A stretch of DNA of 64,000 nucleotides from Seison nebaliae (taxonomy: Eukaryota). The DNA is taken from NCBI GenBank assembly GCA_023231475.1, contig JALJEE010001046.1:1-64000 (forward strand). Direction: 5' to 3'. This document shows, piece by piece, positions 36,130 through 47,238 of this stretch; the stretch's first letter is position 1; each line of letters begins with the position of its first letter. A program made the position numbers and the translations under genes. Under the pieces are notes generated by a model. The model was not told the origin of the DNA and searched no databases. It was given only the letters and a program-made list of their open reading frames with translations.

Positions 36130-36290
36130 AAATTCACGAAAATTAAGTTTGTGTTGGGAGTACCGTGACAGGAAAGTAGTTAGTGTCATTGATTTAATAA
36201 TCGATTTTGAAAGCAATGTAATTTTGCATATTGTTTGATGTGGAAGGTTAGTTGGAAGTTGTCCAATGGAAGTAAATTGGTTGAAAATTA
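36130..36290 (-). mobile_element. Possible highly decayed LINE reverse-transcriptase N-terminal fragment
   Basis: The minus strand gives IFNQFTSIGQLPTNL...KITLLSK, then after a frameshift NDTNYFPVTVLPT. This resembles the LFN...G.FP..WK...I..IPK...NYRPISLL region of LINE RTs. Confidence 0.35.
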
Positions 36291-39200
36291 TTTATTATAT
36301 TTCCAATTATTCTTCCGTTCACTTACACTCTTGTTAAGGGCCCCTTATAATAGGAATAATGTGACAATGGTCTTGACAACAGGTTAACAAAAGGAACATA
36401 GTCAGTTGGGAAGAATCTGAAATATAGTTCAAATTCTTGCTAACTGTCCAGATACTGTTCATGTTTTATGGTTATGTACATGCATTCCTTTCCATATACT
36501 CATATCGATATGAATGTTATCTGTATTTATATATGAATCATATTAGAATTATTCCATTGTGTATCAGTGTAAATATACATTGGTCTTTATAGGCCAACAG
36601 TGTATAGGAGGGGGTAGTGTGTGCAAATTTAATGACCGTTCAAAATTTGAGAATTGGTTTATATAAGATGTGAAGGTCGAAAATGTTCAATAATTATTTC
36701 TATATATAGGCAACATGCTACCAAATCATGTATGAAGTTTATATTATAAAATGTCTATTTATATAACCTGGCAGGCACAAGTGTTGGAGTGTTCAGTAAC
36801 AATTATTCGTATATAAATATAGTTTTGATGTAAGCAAGAATTTTAACGTTAAAATGGAAAGGCGAACAGCGACACTAGGAAACATATTGAAATTTCATCT
36901 TATGTTTCGAACTGTTGTTGGTCCTTCTTATTATTTTAATATTTCCAAATAATCTCTATTGGTTTGGGGGATGAATTAATAAATTTGTTGTGTAATGAAA
37001 ATTTTACATCTCTGAACCTTGTATGCTCCATCATTCATTAATGCAAATGGTGTAGATGAACACATCTTTCAACGAAAGAATCGTTCAATTGATGACCATA
37101 TACATGAATGACCTTCTAGTTGAGATTTATTTATTCTTCTCTTTCATTTGTTATATGTTCCATAGGAATTATTATATAATAATTCACTAATGTTCATCTT
37201 ATATGATGATGTTTAGATGATGTAAAATTATATAAGTTTTGATGGAGGAAAGAAAAGAAAATTCATTTGCACACAAATCGCTTGAATTGTAGAGGTTATC
37301 CATATGAAGATGGTCAGTGTACAAAACTCTATGGTCCAATATCAATGGCATTATAGAACACAGTTCTACAATTCAATATTTTTATTTGAGGAAATTATTA
37401 AATTTTACTTTTATTCATAAAATTATTTGGAGGAAATATTGGAATCCATCATCGTTATCATCATAAAGAGGAAATTATAAAGTGTACAAGACAATATGTA
37501 TGTATCAATCAGTCCAGTGTTCGTATAATTATTAAAGATAATATTAAATTCGGACTATACATATATAGCATGTAGATCTTTTTGTAGAATGTAATGTTTA
37601 AAGGTTTAAATTTATTTTAGTCACTTTTTTTTCTCCATTTGAAAGGCCCTTTTCTCATCGTTCCTCCTTTTTTCCGTATCATCATTTTTTCATTCTCCAA
37701 ATAATTTTATTTATTTCGTTTCCTACATCGCACCATAATTCCTTTCTTTACCTTCGCTTCTCCAATCGAATCTACTGCCTATTCCTAATTCTTCCATTCA
37801 CAATTTTGTCCATAAGAAGACACATGGGCACCTCAACTGATCATCTCGATCTTCCATTAGAATCCATCTTTCCGTCCCTACTCAACAATTAATATTATTT
37901 CCATATTTATTTATTTCTCTTTAGCAACTTAACTCTCACTTTAATTTTCTTTCGTCCGCTTCACCTTCCAGAAGAATACAAGTTATTGGGAAGATGATGA
38001 TGAATATGATGATTAATTCAAATGTGAAATTTTCTCATTGATTGAAAGTTGAGTTTTGAAGTTGTGAAGAAACGCTTTAAGAACTAATTTGCTTCTAGAT
38101 ATTCAACATATATTGACTCGACTCTCACATCAAAATGAAGAAATATCTTCTTAATTTAGTAGGTATAAACGATTGTTCATGGTCATTTATCCTCTTACAT
38201 CACTCGATGTTAAATAACCATCACTTCAAGTCCATTTTTCTTTATTGCAAAAGAAGAAAGAATTAAGATGTTACATAATATTAGGGAAGTTCTCCATACG
38301 ACATTCTCTATTCAAACAAATATTTTCATTACTTCTTTCTCTAATTCATCTTTTTTTTTTCCTCTCTCATGTTCAGTCATTCGTCGCAGAATTTCTTTTT
38401 CTTTGCTGCTTTTTCCACTGATCTTTCAACCAGCTATTTTCTTCAATTAAATGATTTCTCTTTCTCTTCCATTAATAACATCGAAGGAGGAAATTTTCTT
38501 ATTTATTTTCGTTTGAGAGGAATGAAGTAGTGGCAGAATGACCGGTAGACCGCTTCTATGCTGATACATGTCCATTCTAATTATTACTTCTTCTTACACA
38601 ATTCATTTGCATATTTCCTCTTCTATGTAGGAATTGCTACTTCTCTTCCATTTCTACTTGGAGTTAAGGTTGGCATTTTATTTCTTTTCATGTACCTACG
38701 AAATATTCCTTCTCTAGAGTTAGTCTCATTGTGAGAATATGTTACCATAGAAAGATTTTCTATACATTTCAATCCTTCAATTCAAAAAAAAAAATGATAT
38801 ATATTTATTTTTGATTCTTATATATATATATAATATATATATATATAAATATAATTATTTTCATTCACACACTGTTCATTTTCTATTGAATTTTCTTCTC
38901 CTTCAAAAACTTCATTTTCGTCCATTTTCCTATATATTCTTTTCACTTCCACTTTCTCCCAATGTCTCTTATATGAAAATCTTTTAGTTTCTCGTCTATA
39001 TACAAAATCATCCATCACTTCTCCTTCGAAACAAAATAATCATTATGTCATCTTATGCAACAACATTCAATGGACATCGATGGTCATGTGCAGGAAGTAT
39101 TAATTTATATAATTTCTCCCTTTCATCAACAAACAAAAGTAATTTTCATCTCTATCTCCTCGACATTCTCTGTGTGTTACATGTGTATGTCGATAGGAAA

Positions 39201-39473
39201 ATAATGATGAAATAAAATGTGAAGAAATTATATAAATAATATGTAAATATAAAATCTCTTCTTTTCTACCCAATGACATGGTCATCTTATTATTTTTTCT
39301 TTTTTTCTTCCTTTCTTTCCTTCTTTCTTCCTTTCTTCATCCATTTCTCATATTCTCTCCACATTAATAGGCACTGTACAATTACATTTCACCACAAACT
39401 CAATTCTTCTCCTTATTTCCTAATCTTCATCTCATCGTACTTTATCTCGCAGAAAAGATTTCTCCTCAAAATA

Positions 39474-39634
39474 TGGACTTGTCAAATGAGGTAGTTGGTT
39501 GTATAGTTTTGAACATTGGCCGGAATTTAATCTGCCATGATGATTTCCACGTCTCAACTGATGTGTTCTTATCAATACAGGATCTGATATGACTAACTAT
39601 ACAATCATAACTTTACCTCATTCCACATCGTCCA
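39474..39634 (+). ncRNA. let-7: let-7 microRNA hairpin (mature 39487-39508) with an ~86-nt loop
   Basis: TGAGGTAGTTGGTTGTATAGTT differs from canonical let-7a at one base (position 10). The complementary arm AACTATACAATCATAACTTTACCTCATT is at 39595-39622, with a basal stem TGGAC/GTCCA. Confidence 0.9.
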
Positions 39635-40386
39635 CAATTTCATCGAAAATCAATTCAATCTTTTCTAATACAATTCACAATAATTTCATATAAACGATTT
39701 ATCGTCAATATTTAGAAATAAACGAAATGAAAAAAGATTGTCGATCTCTCCTTTAATTCAACCTTGATTAATATTGGATGAAGATCAAAACGAATAAAAC
39801 TAAATATATTCGATTATCTTATTTCGAAACATTTTCAAATGAATAAAACTTTTCTTCCAAAAAAATTTCTTAAATAGTTCTTCTTTCTTCGGTTGTTTAA
39901 TTAATCGCAGATCAATATAAATTGGAAAGAACTCTACTATCTTCTTCAACTTAAAAATATTTCTTCTACAATATTTTATAAATATTTCTTCTAAAATATT
40001 TTTAAAATATTTCTTAAAATTCAACTTCCATAATTATATTGCGGAGAGGAATTATGAACAATTGAAAGTTATTTTCTGATAAGTGATTAAAATTTTAATC
40101 GTTGTGATTAGTGATAAGGGTTAAAGGGTTTCCATAAGAATCCAAACGATGGAATATTTACGAGAGAAAACAAATGTCAATAAATGATATTTAAAATTTG
40201 AAGCTTATTTCTATCGAATCTGTGTAGTGAATATTTATTTGTTTTCTTTTCCCGTTACTTCCTCTTCAATCCTAATCGATATCACTCCGTCAACGATCCA
40301 ATCGAACTATTCCATTTAAAGAGAAAGATAAAAAGTTTCATATAATTCTTTTTCATTTAACTTTTCTTCAATTTTAAAAGAAAAGA

Positions 40387-42359
40387 ATGGATGGAGGATT
40401 TTTCAAAGTTTAAATGATTTTATATGTTGAAACGATTTAATTTAATTCTTCATTAAAAGGGTACGACGACTGAACAAGACAGTCGTTTCACTAACAAGCA
40501 GAATAAATTATTGAAAACATTAAAATTCGATAATATCATATCGAAGAAAATCGATTTTCAACATGTCAATCGGATATCACTCCGTCCCTGGATTACTGAA
40601 CGTATCACCCAATTATTAAATGGAACGAATGATGATATTGTGACGGAGTATGCGATTAATCAATTAGAAGGTGAAGATGTTACTTCTTTTCATTCAGAGC
40701 TCATCAATTTCATTTAATAATTTTTATCAACAATTCAAATAATGAAACTTTTTTTTCTCTTTTTTTCATCGATTCCATCACACACTCATAGAAACCAGAT
40801 GGACGTTTAATGCAAATAAATTTGACAGGATTTCTCGGCAATTCACGTGCTCGATTATTCATATCTGAATTGTGGCAATTATTGATATCGGCACAATCAA
40901 GTCCTGGTGGTGTTCCACCGCTCATTTTAGAAGAGGCTGAAACTCGATTGAAACGACAACAAGTTCTATATAATTTATTTCTATTTCATTTTTAAAATTT
41001 ATTTATTTATTTATTATTTAGGAACGAGAAGAGAGAGTAAAGGCAAGTATTGAACAACAAGAGAAGAAATTGAAAGAAGAGAAATCTGAAGTCTCTCAAA
41101 TGAAAAAGAAGTCGATGTCACGTTGGGATATGAAAACAAAAATTAATCAATCGAAAGAATTGAAAAGTTTCGATTTGAATGAGAAGAAATCGATAAAGAA
41201 TAATAATGGTAATAAGAAATCATTGAAATATTGTAAGAAATCATCATCAAAATATGATAGTGTTCATAAATTACCATCAAATGGTTCATCTGAATCTGAT
41301 GAGGAGAAACATTCGAATCGTCAAGAGCATCATAATACGAGGAAGTATCGTAAGAACGGTCGTCATAGTCCAATTGATTATCGTCATCATAATTATCGAC
41401 ATTCATCTCATGAACGATATTTGTATAAACGTCGTTCGAATTATTCGACTGATGAAGAGATGAAAGAAAAAGATGATGAGAAATATCGGAAGAATTCGGG
41501 AGAATATAAACGGAAAGATCATCATCATCATTCTGATTCATCGAATGATGAGAAGAGAAGATATCGTGAGAAAAGGAAGAAAAAAGAGAAAGTCGATTGT
41601 GAAATGAAGAATGATGAGAAACGTCGATCTCTCTCATATTATTCAGAAGCATCTTCATCCAATTCTGATAATGATCATTCATCATCAACCATCTCCTCAT
41701 CGGATGAGGAATCATTAACAGAAATGTCATCTGATACTCATCAAAATCGACAGCCATTAATTGGCGATAATAAACGACAACAACATCGAAGACAACGTAG
41801 AAATTTAATTGAAATTGAACGAGAGAAAGTTGAAGATGAAATTATTCGAAAACGTCTCGACGGAGTTCAATTGAAGACGACATCAAATGTAAATATAAAA
41901 AAGAAGAATCGTTTACATGATCGAACACCATCAACGGAACGTGATTCGGAAACTTATGAACAATCGAAGTTATATAATATTACTGCTGGTATTAAACGTG
42001 TGAGAAAACGGAATCATTTAAATGATATTTCATCCACTGCCACTGATGATGAACATTCGTCTTCACGTGAAAGTGATACTCAGATGGCTAGAAAACGATT
42101 AGCATCAACTGTCCGAATTGATAATTCCATTTCATCGAAAATTCTCAAGAAACCAAGACGAGCTGTCGATTATGGAAGAATGACAGTTTATGAATCACGT
42201 TCTCGCCGATATCACCAACAATCTACACATTCTTCTCAACAAATGAGAAAAAGAAAATCGAAAGAAAAGATCACACCAGAACATTCACAAGATCGACATC
42301 AATCATCATCATCATCATCTCGTGTAGTTGAATCCACTTCTCAAAGACGATTAATTTAA
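40387..42359 (+). CDS. SRRM1: SRm160/SRRM1-like PWI-domain splicing coactivator, 4 exons
   Basis: Spliced N-terminus MDGGFFKGTTTEQDSRFTNK, LRPWITERIT, QINLTGFL and FISELWQLLISAQ..GGVP, followed by a long charged low-complexity tail. Confidence 0.88.
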
Positions 42360-42475
42360 CAAAAAAATTTCCATGAGAACAATTTTTTTAAATTTTTTTT
42401 CGTAATTAATTTTTAATTTTCAAAAAAACTACTAACGAAATGAGATTGATGAAAACTCTATTTCGTAATATGTGA

Positions 42476-42523
42476 AGAACGTTCAAGAAATTTTCGAGAA
42501 GATCAACTTGAACTTTCTAGAAG
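42476..42523. promoter_or_regulatory. Heat-shock-element-like array between convergent 3' ends
   Basis: aGAAcgTTCaaGAAa at 42476-42490, tTTCgaGAAg at 42492-42501 and tGAActTTCtaGAAg at 42509-42523. Confidence 0.55.
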
Positions 42524-42614
42524 AGAAGAAAGAGAATTGGAAAATGACCATTAAATTTAAATAAAAATGAAAATATTTTAAAATTTTTTAATAAAAATTT
42601 GTTGTCGAACATGT

Positions 42615-43679
42615 TTATAATTGAAATACTTCCACCAATTTCTCATCGATAATAGAAGAGAGAATATGAATACGAGGAATCTTCTGAACAGCTTTCACAT
42701 AATCATCAAAACGATTTTTGTCTTCTATCATCGATTTCAAAATCATTTCCAATTCATTCGCATCCAACATCGATTCCTTTAGGATTTTCTTCAATTTTTT
42801 CATTTTGATTGAACGTAAATAATCTGTCAATGTTTCATCCTCTAAATTTGACCATTGCATTCGGAATTCGGCAAATGATTCAGGTTCATGTCTAACTGTT
42901 GGCGCTTTTTCAAAATTCTTCCTTTCTTTCTTTTTCACAGTCTTAATTATCTCATTTTCGACAACGGTAATTTTAACTTTCGTCAATGTGTCATCGGTTG
43001 ATGGTAATGGTTGTTCTGGAAATGACAATTGACAAGAACGATTAGGATTCTTTTTCAATATTCGATGACTCGTCTGAGAAAGTCTCTTTGATAATTTTTC
43101 ATTAGACTCGATTAATTGCATCAATTCGTCTTTGAGTTTTTTGAAATCCTTATTCTTTTCCTCATTCTTTAATGCCATTTCACAATCGACAAGAGCATTG
43201 GATAATTGATTAAGTTGTCTGAAAGTATTCGCTCGATGATAATAAGCTTTCCAATAATTCTTATTTAGTTCAAGAGCTTTACAAAAATCACGAAGTGCAG
43301 CATTAAATGCATTTGATCGAAATAAACATATTCCACGATTACAATAAAAAATTGCATTATCATCAATTAATTGTATGGCATTCGTATAACAAACAATTGC
43401 TTTATTATAATCCTTATTCTTGAAATGGATATTTCCATTCATCTTTTCAAAATCAGCTTGTTTCTGTAACGTCTCTTTATCGTCTTCCATCTTCTCATCT
43501 GTAATGATCATATTTCGAATTGGCTCCTGTTTCGTTGCTGAATGTTTTGGGACAGAATATTTCATATTCAATTTTTTCATATCTTCTTCCAACGACTCCA
43601 AACCTTCGACATATGAGGCTGTTTCTTGTTGTGAATGTCGCATTCTTTGCTGCATCTCAAACATTTTTTTCTCATCCAT
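42615..43679 (-). CDS. RPAP3: RPAP3/Spaghetti-like TPR co-chaperone (R2TP), intronless
   Basis: N-terminal helix like RPAP3 (EMQQRMRHSQQETASYVEGLESLEEDMK), one TPR clamp (EKMNGNIHFK, YCNRG, KAYYHRA) and an RPAP3_C-like end (PESFAEFRMQW, IPRI). Confidence 0.75.
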   Translation of the reverse strand: MDEKKMFEMQQRMRHSQQETASYVEGLESLEEDMKKLNMKYSVPKHSATKQEPIRNMIITDEKMEDDKETLQKQADFEKMNGNIHFKNKDYNKAIVCYTNAIQLIDDNAIFYCNRGICLFRSNAFNAALRDFCKALELNKNYWKAYYHRANTFRQLNQLSNALVDCEMALKNEEKNKDFKKLKDELMQLIESNEKLSKRLSQTSHRILKKNPNRSCQLSFPEQPLPSTDDTLTKVKITVVENEIIKTVKKKERKNFEKAPTVRHEPESFAEFRMQWSNLEDETLTDYLRSIKMKKLKKILKESMLDANELEMILKSMIEDKNRFDDYVKAVQKIPRIHILSSIIDEKLVEVFQL

Positions 43680-44670
43680 CTTGAGTAATAAGAAAATAAA
43701 AAGCTTAGAATAGAATTACTTACAACAACGAAAATATAATTTGAATAACTGAATTGTATAATAACTAATAAAATTTACCTTGGGAAATTTATAAATATTA
43801 ACGTTGGGAATAATTTGAAATTTTGTTTTTTCATTCACATTGATAGAGTAATTAGTTGATGGGAATGTTGATGTAGTGCATTTTTTGGAAACTAGGTAAC
43901 AATTCTCTTATTTTAAAAAATTACCAAAATAATTCCGTACCGAAATTTATATTTTTCATTTGAATTTTTGTAAAGGTTTGGCACAGGTGGCCACAAAATA
44001 CGATGTCCTTTTGATCGAGTTTTTTAATGAAACTTATCTTCAGAATAACTAATGTGGAAATTTTCTGTATAATTATTATTGACGCACATATTTCATATGA
44101 TGGTACCACATCAAATCATTTCCAATTTAGATAGTTCTTGTCAGGTTCCTGATGATGTACGGCAAAGAGACGATGCTGTAGCCCAATAGCATGGAAATAG
44201 TTTAATAAGGAAAATAGCTAATGTAGAGGAGATGTAAAGTAAAAAATTATAATCATTGATTATCGTTCTTTAATTTACTAATGATTCTTTTCAAGCACTT
44301 GTGCTTTATGTTGCTTGGTCATCTTAACACTTATTTGCAGTGTTAATTGTTTGTGTTCGGTTGGGTGTTTAGGTACTAACAAAGTAAGTTGAGTATGCAG
44401 TATTGAAACCAATACATCTGCAATTTCAAAAATTATATTTTTTAATTGAAACATCCTGTAATTTCCAGTAATTTTCGATATGTTTCCTTTTGGACACAAT
44501 TTTTGAATCAAGTTCTATATAAATGGTGAGATCGTATAAAAGAATTAATTTGAATCCGATTTGAAAAATTTTATTCGTTTTTTTTTGGTTAAAACTGATT
44601 TTTCATATAATTAGAAATTTCCTTACCGTTTTGGTGGCATCGTAAGATCACACAGCTGATCAAACATCAA

Positions 44671-46985
44671 ATGAATGCCTTAAGCCCAACAGCCGTATAT
44701 CCTCAAGAACTACAACAAATTGCTAAAAAAAAAGAAAAAAACGAAAAAGATTATTTATTCGGCTATGGTAATTTTCGACCACCAGCATTACAATTTTTTG
44801 TACGAAACCATTTTTGGGTAGCGTTTTTCCTCTTTTTAGCTGGTTTTCTTCAAGGGTTTTCTGTTAATGGACTAGTTAATTCGTCTTTATCAACCATCGA
44901 AAAACATTTGGGTATATCTTCGAAAGAATCTTCTAAAATTCCTGCTGCTTATGATTTCGGGGCTTTAGTTGCTGGTTTGCCCGTAAGTTATATTGGGAGA
45001 AACGAGAGAACAATATTTTTGGTAGGCTTAGGCTTACTTTGTATAGCAACCGGTACAGTTTCCATTTGTATACCTCATTTTTTAATACCGATATATACGC
45101 CACAATCCTCAATCTTAACATGTCAATTTCTATCAAATTCCACTACTTTGGCTTCTGCTACTTTCGAAGAAACGGCTTCCTATCAAAATTTGAGGTTTAT
45201 TATAACATTTCTCAAACCATAATAATCATAAAAATATTAATAAAGATGGTTTATGGTAGTTGGTCTGTTTCTTTGTGGAATCGGTACGGCACCTTTGTAT
45301 ACTTTAGGCTTTTCATTTTTTGTAGCCGCTTTACCTACCAGAACCGGTAATTATTATAGCAGTTTTCCCAAATTTTGTTTCTAATAATATTCTTAAGTTG
45401 TCTAGCTGGATTATTGTTATGTTCATTGGCATCACCATCGGTTGGTTTTATGGTGGGAGGACTGTCATTACGGTTATGGGTCGATATCGGTCGTGTTAAT
45501 CCAGAATTCTATCAACATTTGAATTATGATAATGATGAATGGCTTGGAGCTTATTGGATTGGATTTGTGGTTACAAGTTAAATTATTTCCAAATTAGGTG
45601 TCTTCTCTTAACTAAACAATTTAAGGCCTTTGTTGCATACTTATTGGTCTGATATTATGTGGCTTTCCTAAAATATTATCTTTTACAGAAGTGGAAGAAA
45701 AGGATAATGAAATACTTCATGGCAAACAGGTCTGAACAAATATTTTATTGTTTGTAACTCAATTTTTAAGACTCAACTAGATAAAAGTACGATAAGTCAT
45801 TTAAAGTTACAAAGAAGTAAGATAAAAGGAGAACGAGATGGTTGGCTGAAAAACATAAAATATTCTTTAAGAATATTTTATCTTCATTGTAAGATTGTTA
45901 TGAGAGTGAGGTCATATTTATTTCTCCTTATTGGTACCACTTGCGACACAGCATTTCTCGGAAGTGTCACACCATTCTTTGCAAAATATCTCGAAGTAGA
46001 ATTTAAATTACCGCCATCAGAAGCTTCTATTAAAACGGGATATATTGCCGTACCTAGTAGTATTATCGGATGTATAACTGCAGGTTTGTTTGTTGACCGG
46101 AAACCGAGGAAAAAGAATCTCTTCCTTTCATTATTCATAGCTAACTTTGCTAGTTGCATAGCTTCATTCGCTTTTTTGGTCCATTGTGAGAATACTCCTT
46201 TTGATGGACTAACCGAAAAGGATTGGTCGGAAAATATAGCGAAGAATACATCGATTTATAAAAAGCAAGGTTGTGGCCAAGTATGTAATTGTGACGAAAC
46301 GGTATTTAAACCAGTATGTAGCGGAGAATTGACCTTTTTTAATCCTTGCTATGCTGGTTGTATGGAGACAAGAAATGATTCATCTTTTGGAGAATGTAAA
46401 TGTACAATTGACAATGAGAAATTATTCAATGATGATACAATTGCAAAAGTTGGCTATTGTAAACCTAAAAAGAATTGTGTTACGCAATTTTTTTTGATAG
46501 CTGCCTTTGTCTCATTTGGCTTAGGATGTTCGTTTTTTGCCTTTCTACCAACTTATGCCGCATCACAAAGTGTAGTACCCAGTGAGGAAAGATCATTATC
46601 ATTAGGTATTCAATGGGTTGTTATCAGAGGCTTTGGGTCAATTCCTGGTCCTATTGTCATTGGAGCATTACTAGAACGTGCTTGTCGTTTTTGGCAGTTA
46701 AGTGGAGAAGAGAAAGGTACATGTCGAGTGTATGATGTAAAAACATTAGGTCTAATGATTGGTTATTTCTGTATATTTCTCAAAGTCGTAGCAAGTCTAT
46801 CATTCTTTCTTGGATGGATATTCGTAAAAAAAGGAGAGGAAGAAACTAAACTAAGACTACCGTTCGGATTACCTAGTAATGTACTTTTATATCCTTCAAC
46901 ATCCAGATATGCCTTTTCTACTGCGAAAACTACCGTTTTTAAAAAATCTAGACGTACCACCAAAAACACGGAAGAACGAATTTAA
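44671..46985 (+). CDS. Organic anion transporting polypeptide (OATP/SLCO), 5 exons
   Basis: SLSTIEKHLG, family signature DDEWLGAYWIGF, Kazal-like CNC....FKPVC...FFNPCYAGC, RGFGSIPGPIVIG and C.FW....GTCRVYD. Confidence 0.92.
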
Positions 46986-47238
46986 TTTTTTAATTAAAAA
47001 AATTTATTAAAATGAAAATAAATGATTAATCCAATTCCCATTCAGTCATCAGTTTAATTATATCATTTTTATTATATTTTATACTTGATAAATGTTATAC
47101 TCATTCCTGTTACTGATTATAATTAAATTAATTACATTCATTTCCATCAATTCCTTCCAAATTCCTTTTACCGTAAATGATAAGCTCTTTGACATAACAT
47201 TGCATTATATTTTCATTTTGGATTGTTCACTTACCAAA

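Noticed and set aside
38540..38560. GACCGGTAGACCG as a diverged miR-100
   Set aside because: The seed is mismatched and the sequence lies in the loop, not an arm, of the hairpin.
39561..39591. Resemblance of the let-7 loop (TGTTCTTATCA...ATCTGATA) to U2 snRNA stem IIa
   Set aside because: No GTAGTA branch-pairing sequence, U2 5' end or Sm site nearby, so treated as chance.
40105..40132. TAAGGGTTAAAGGGTTT as a telomeric seed
   Set aside because: Only two degenerate units, which is insufficient.
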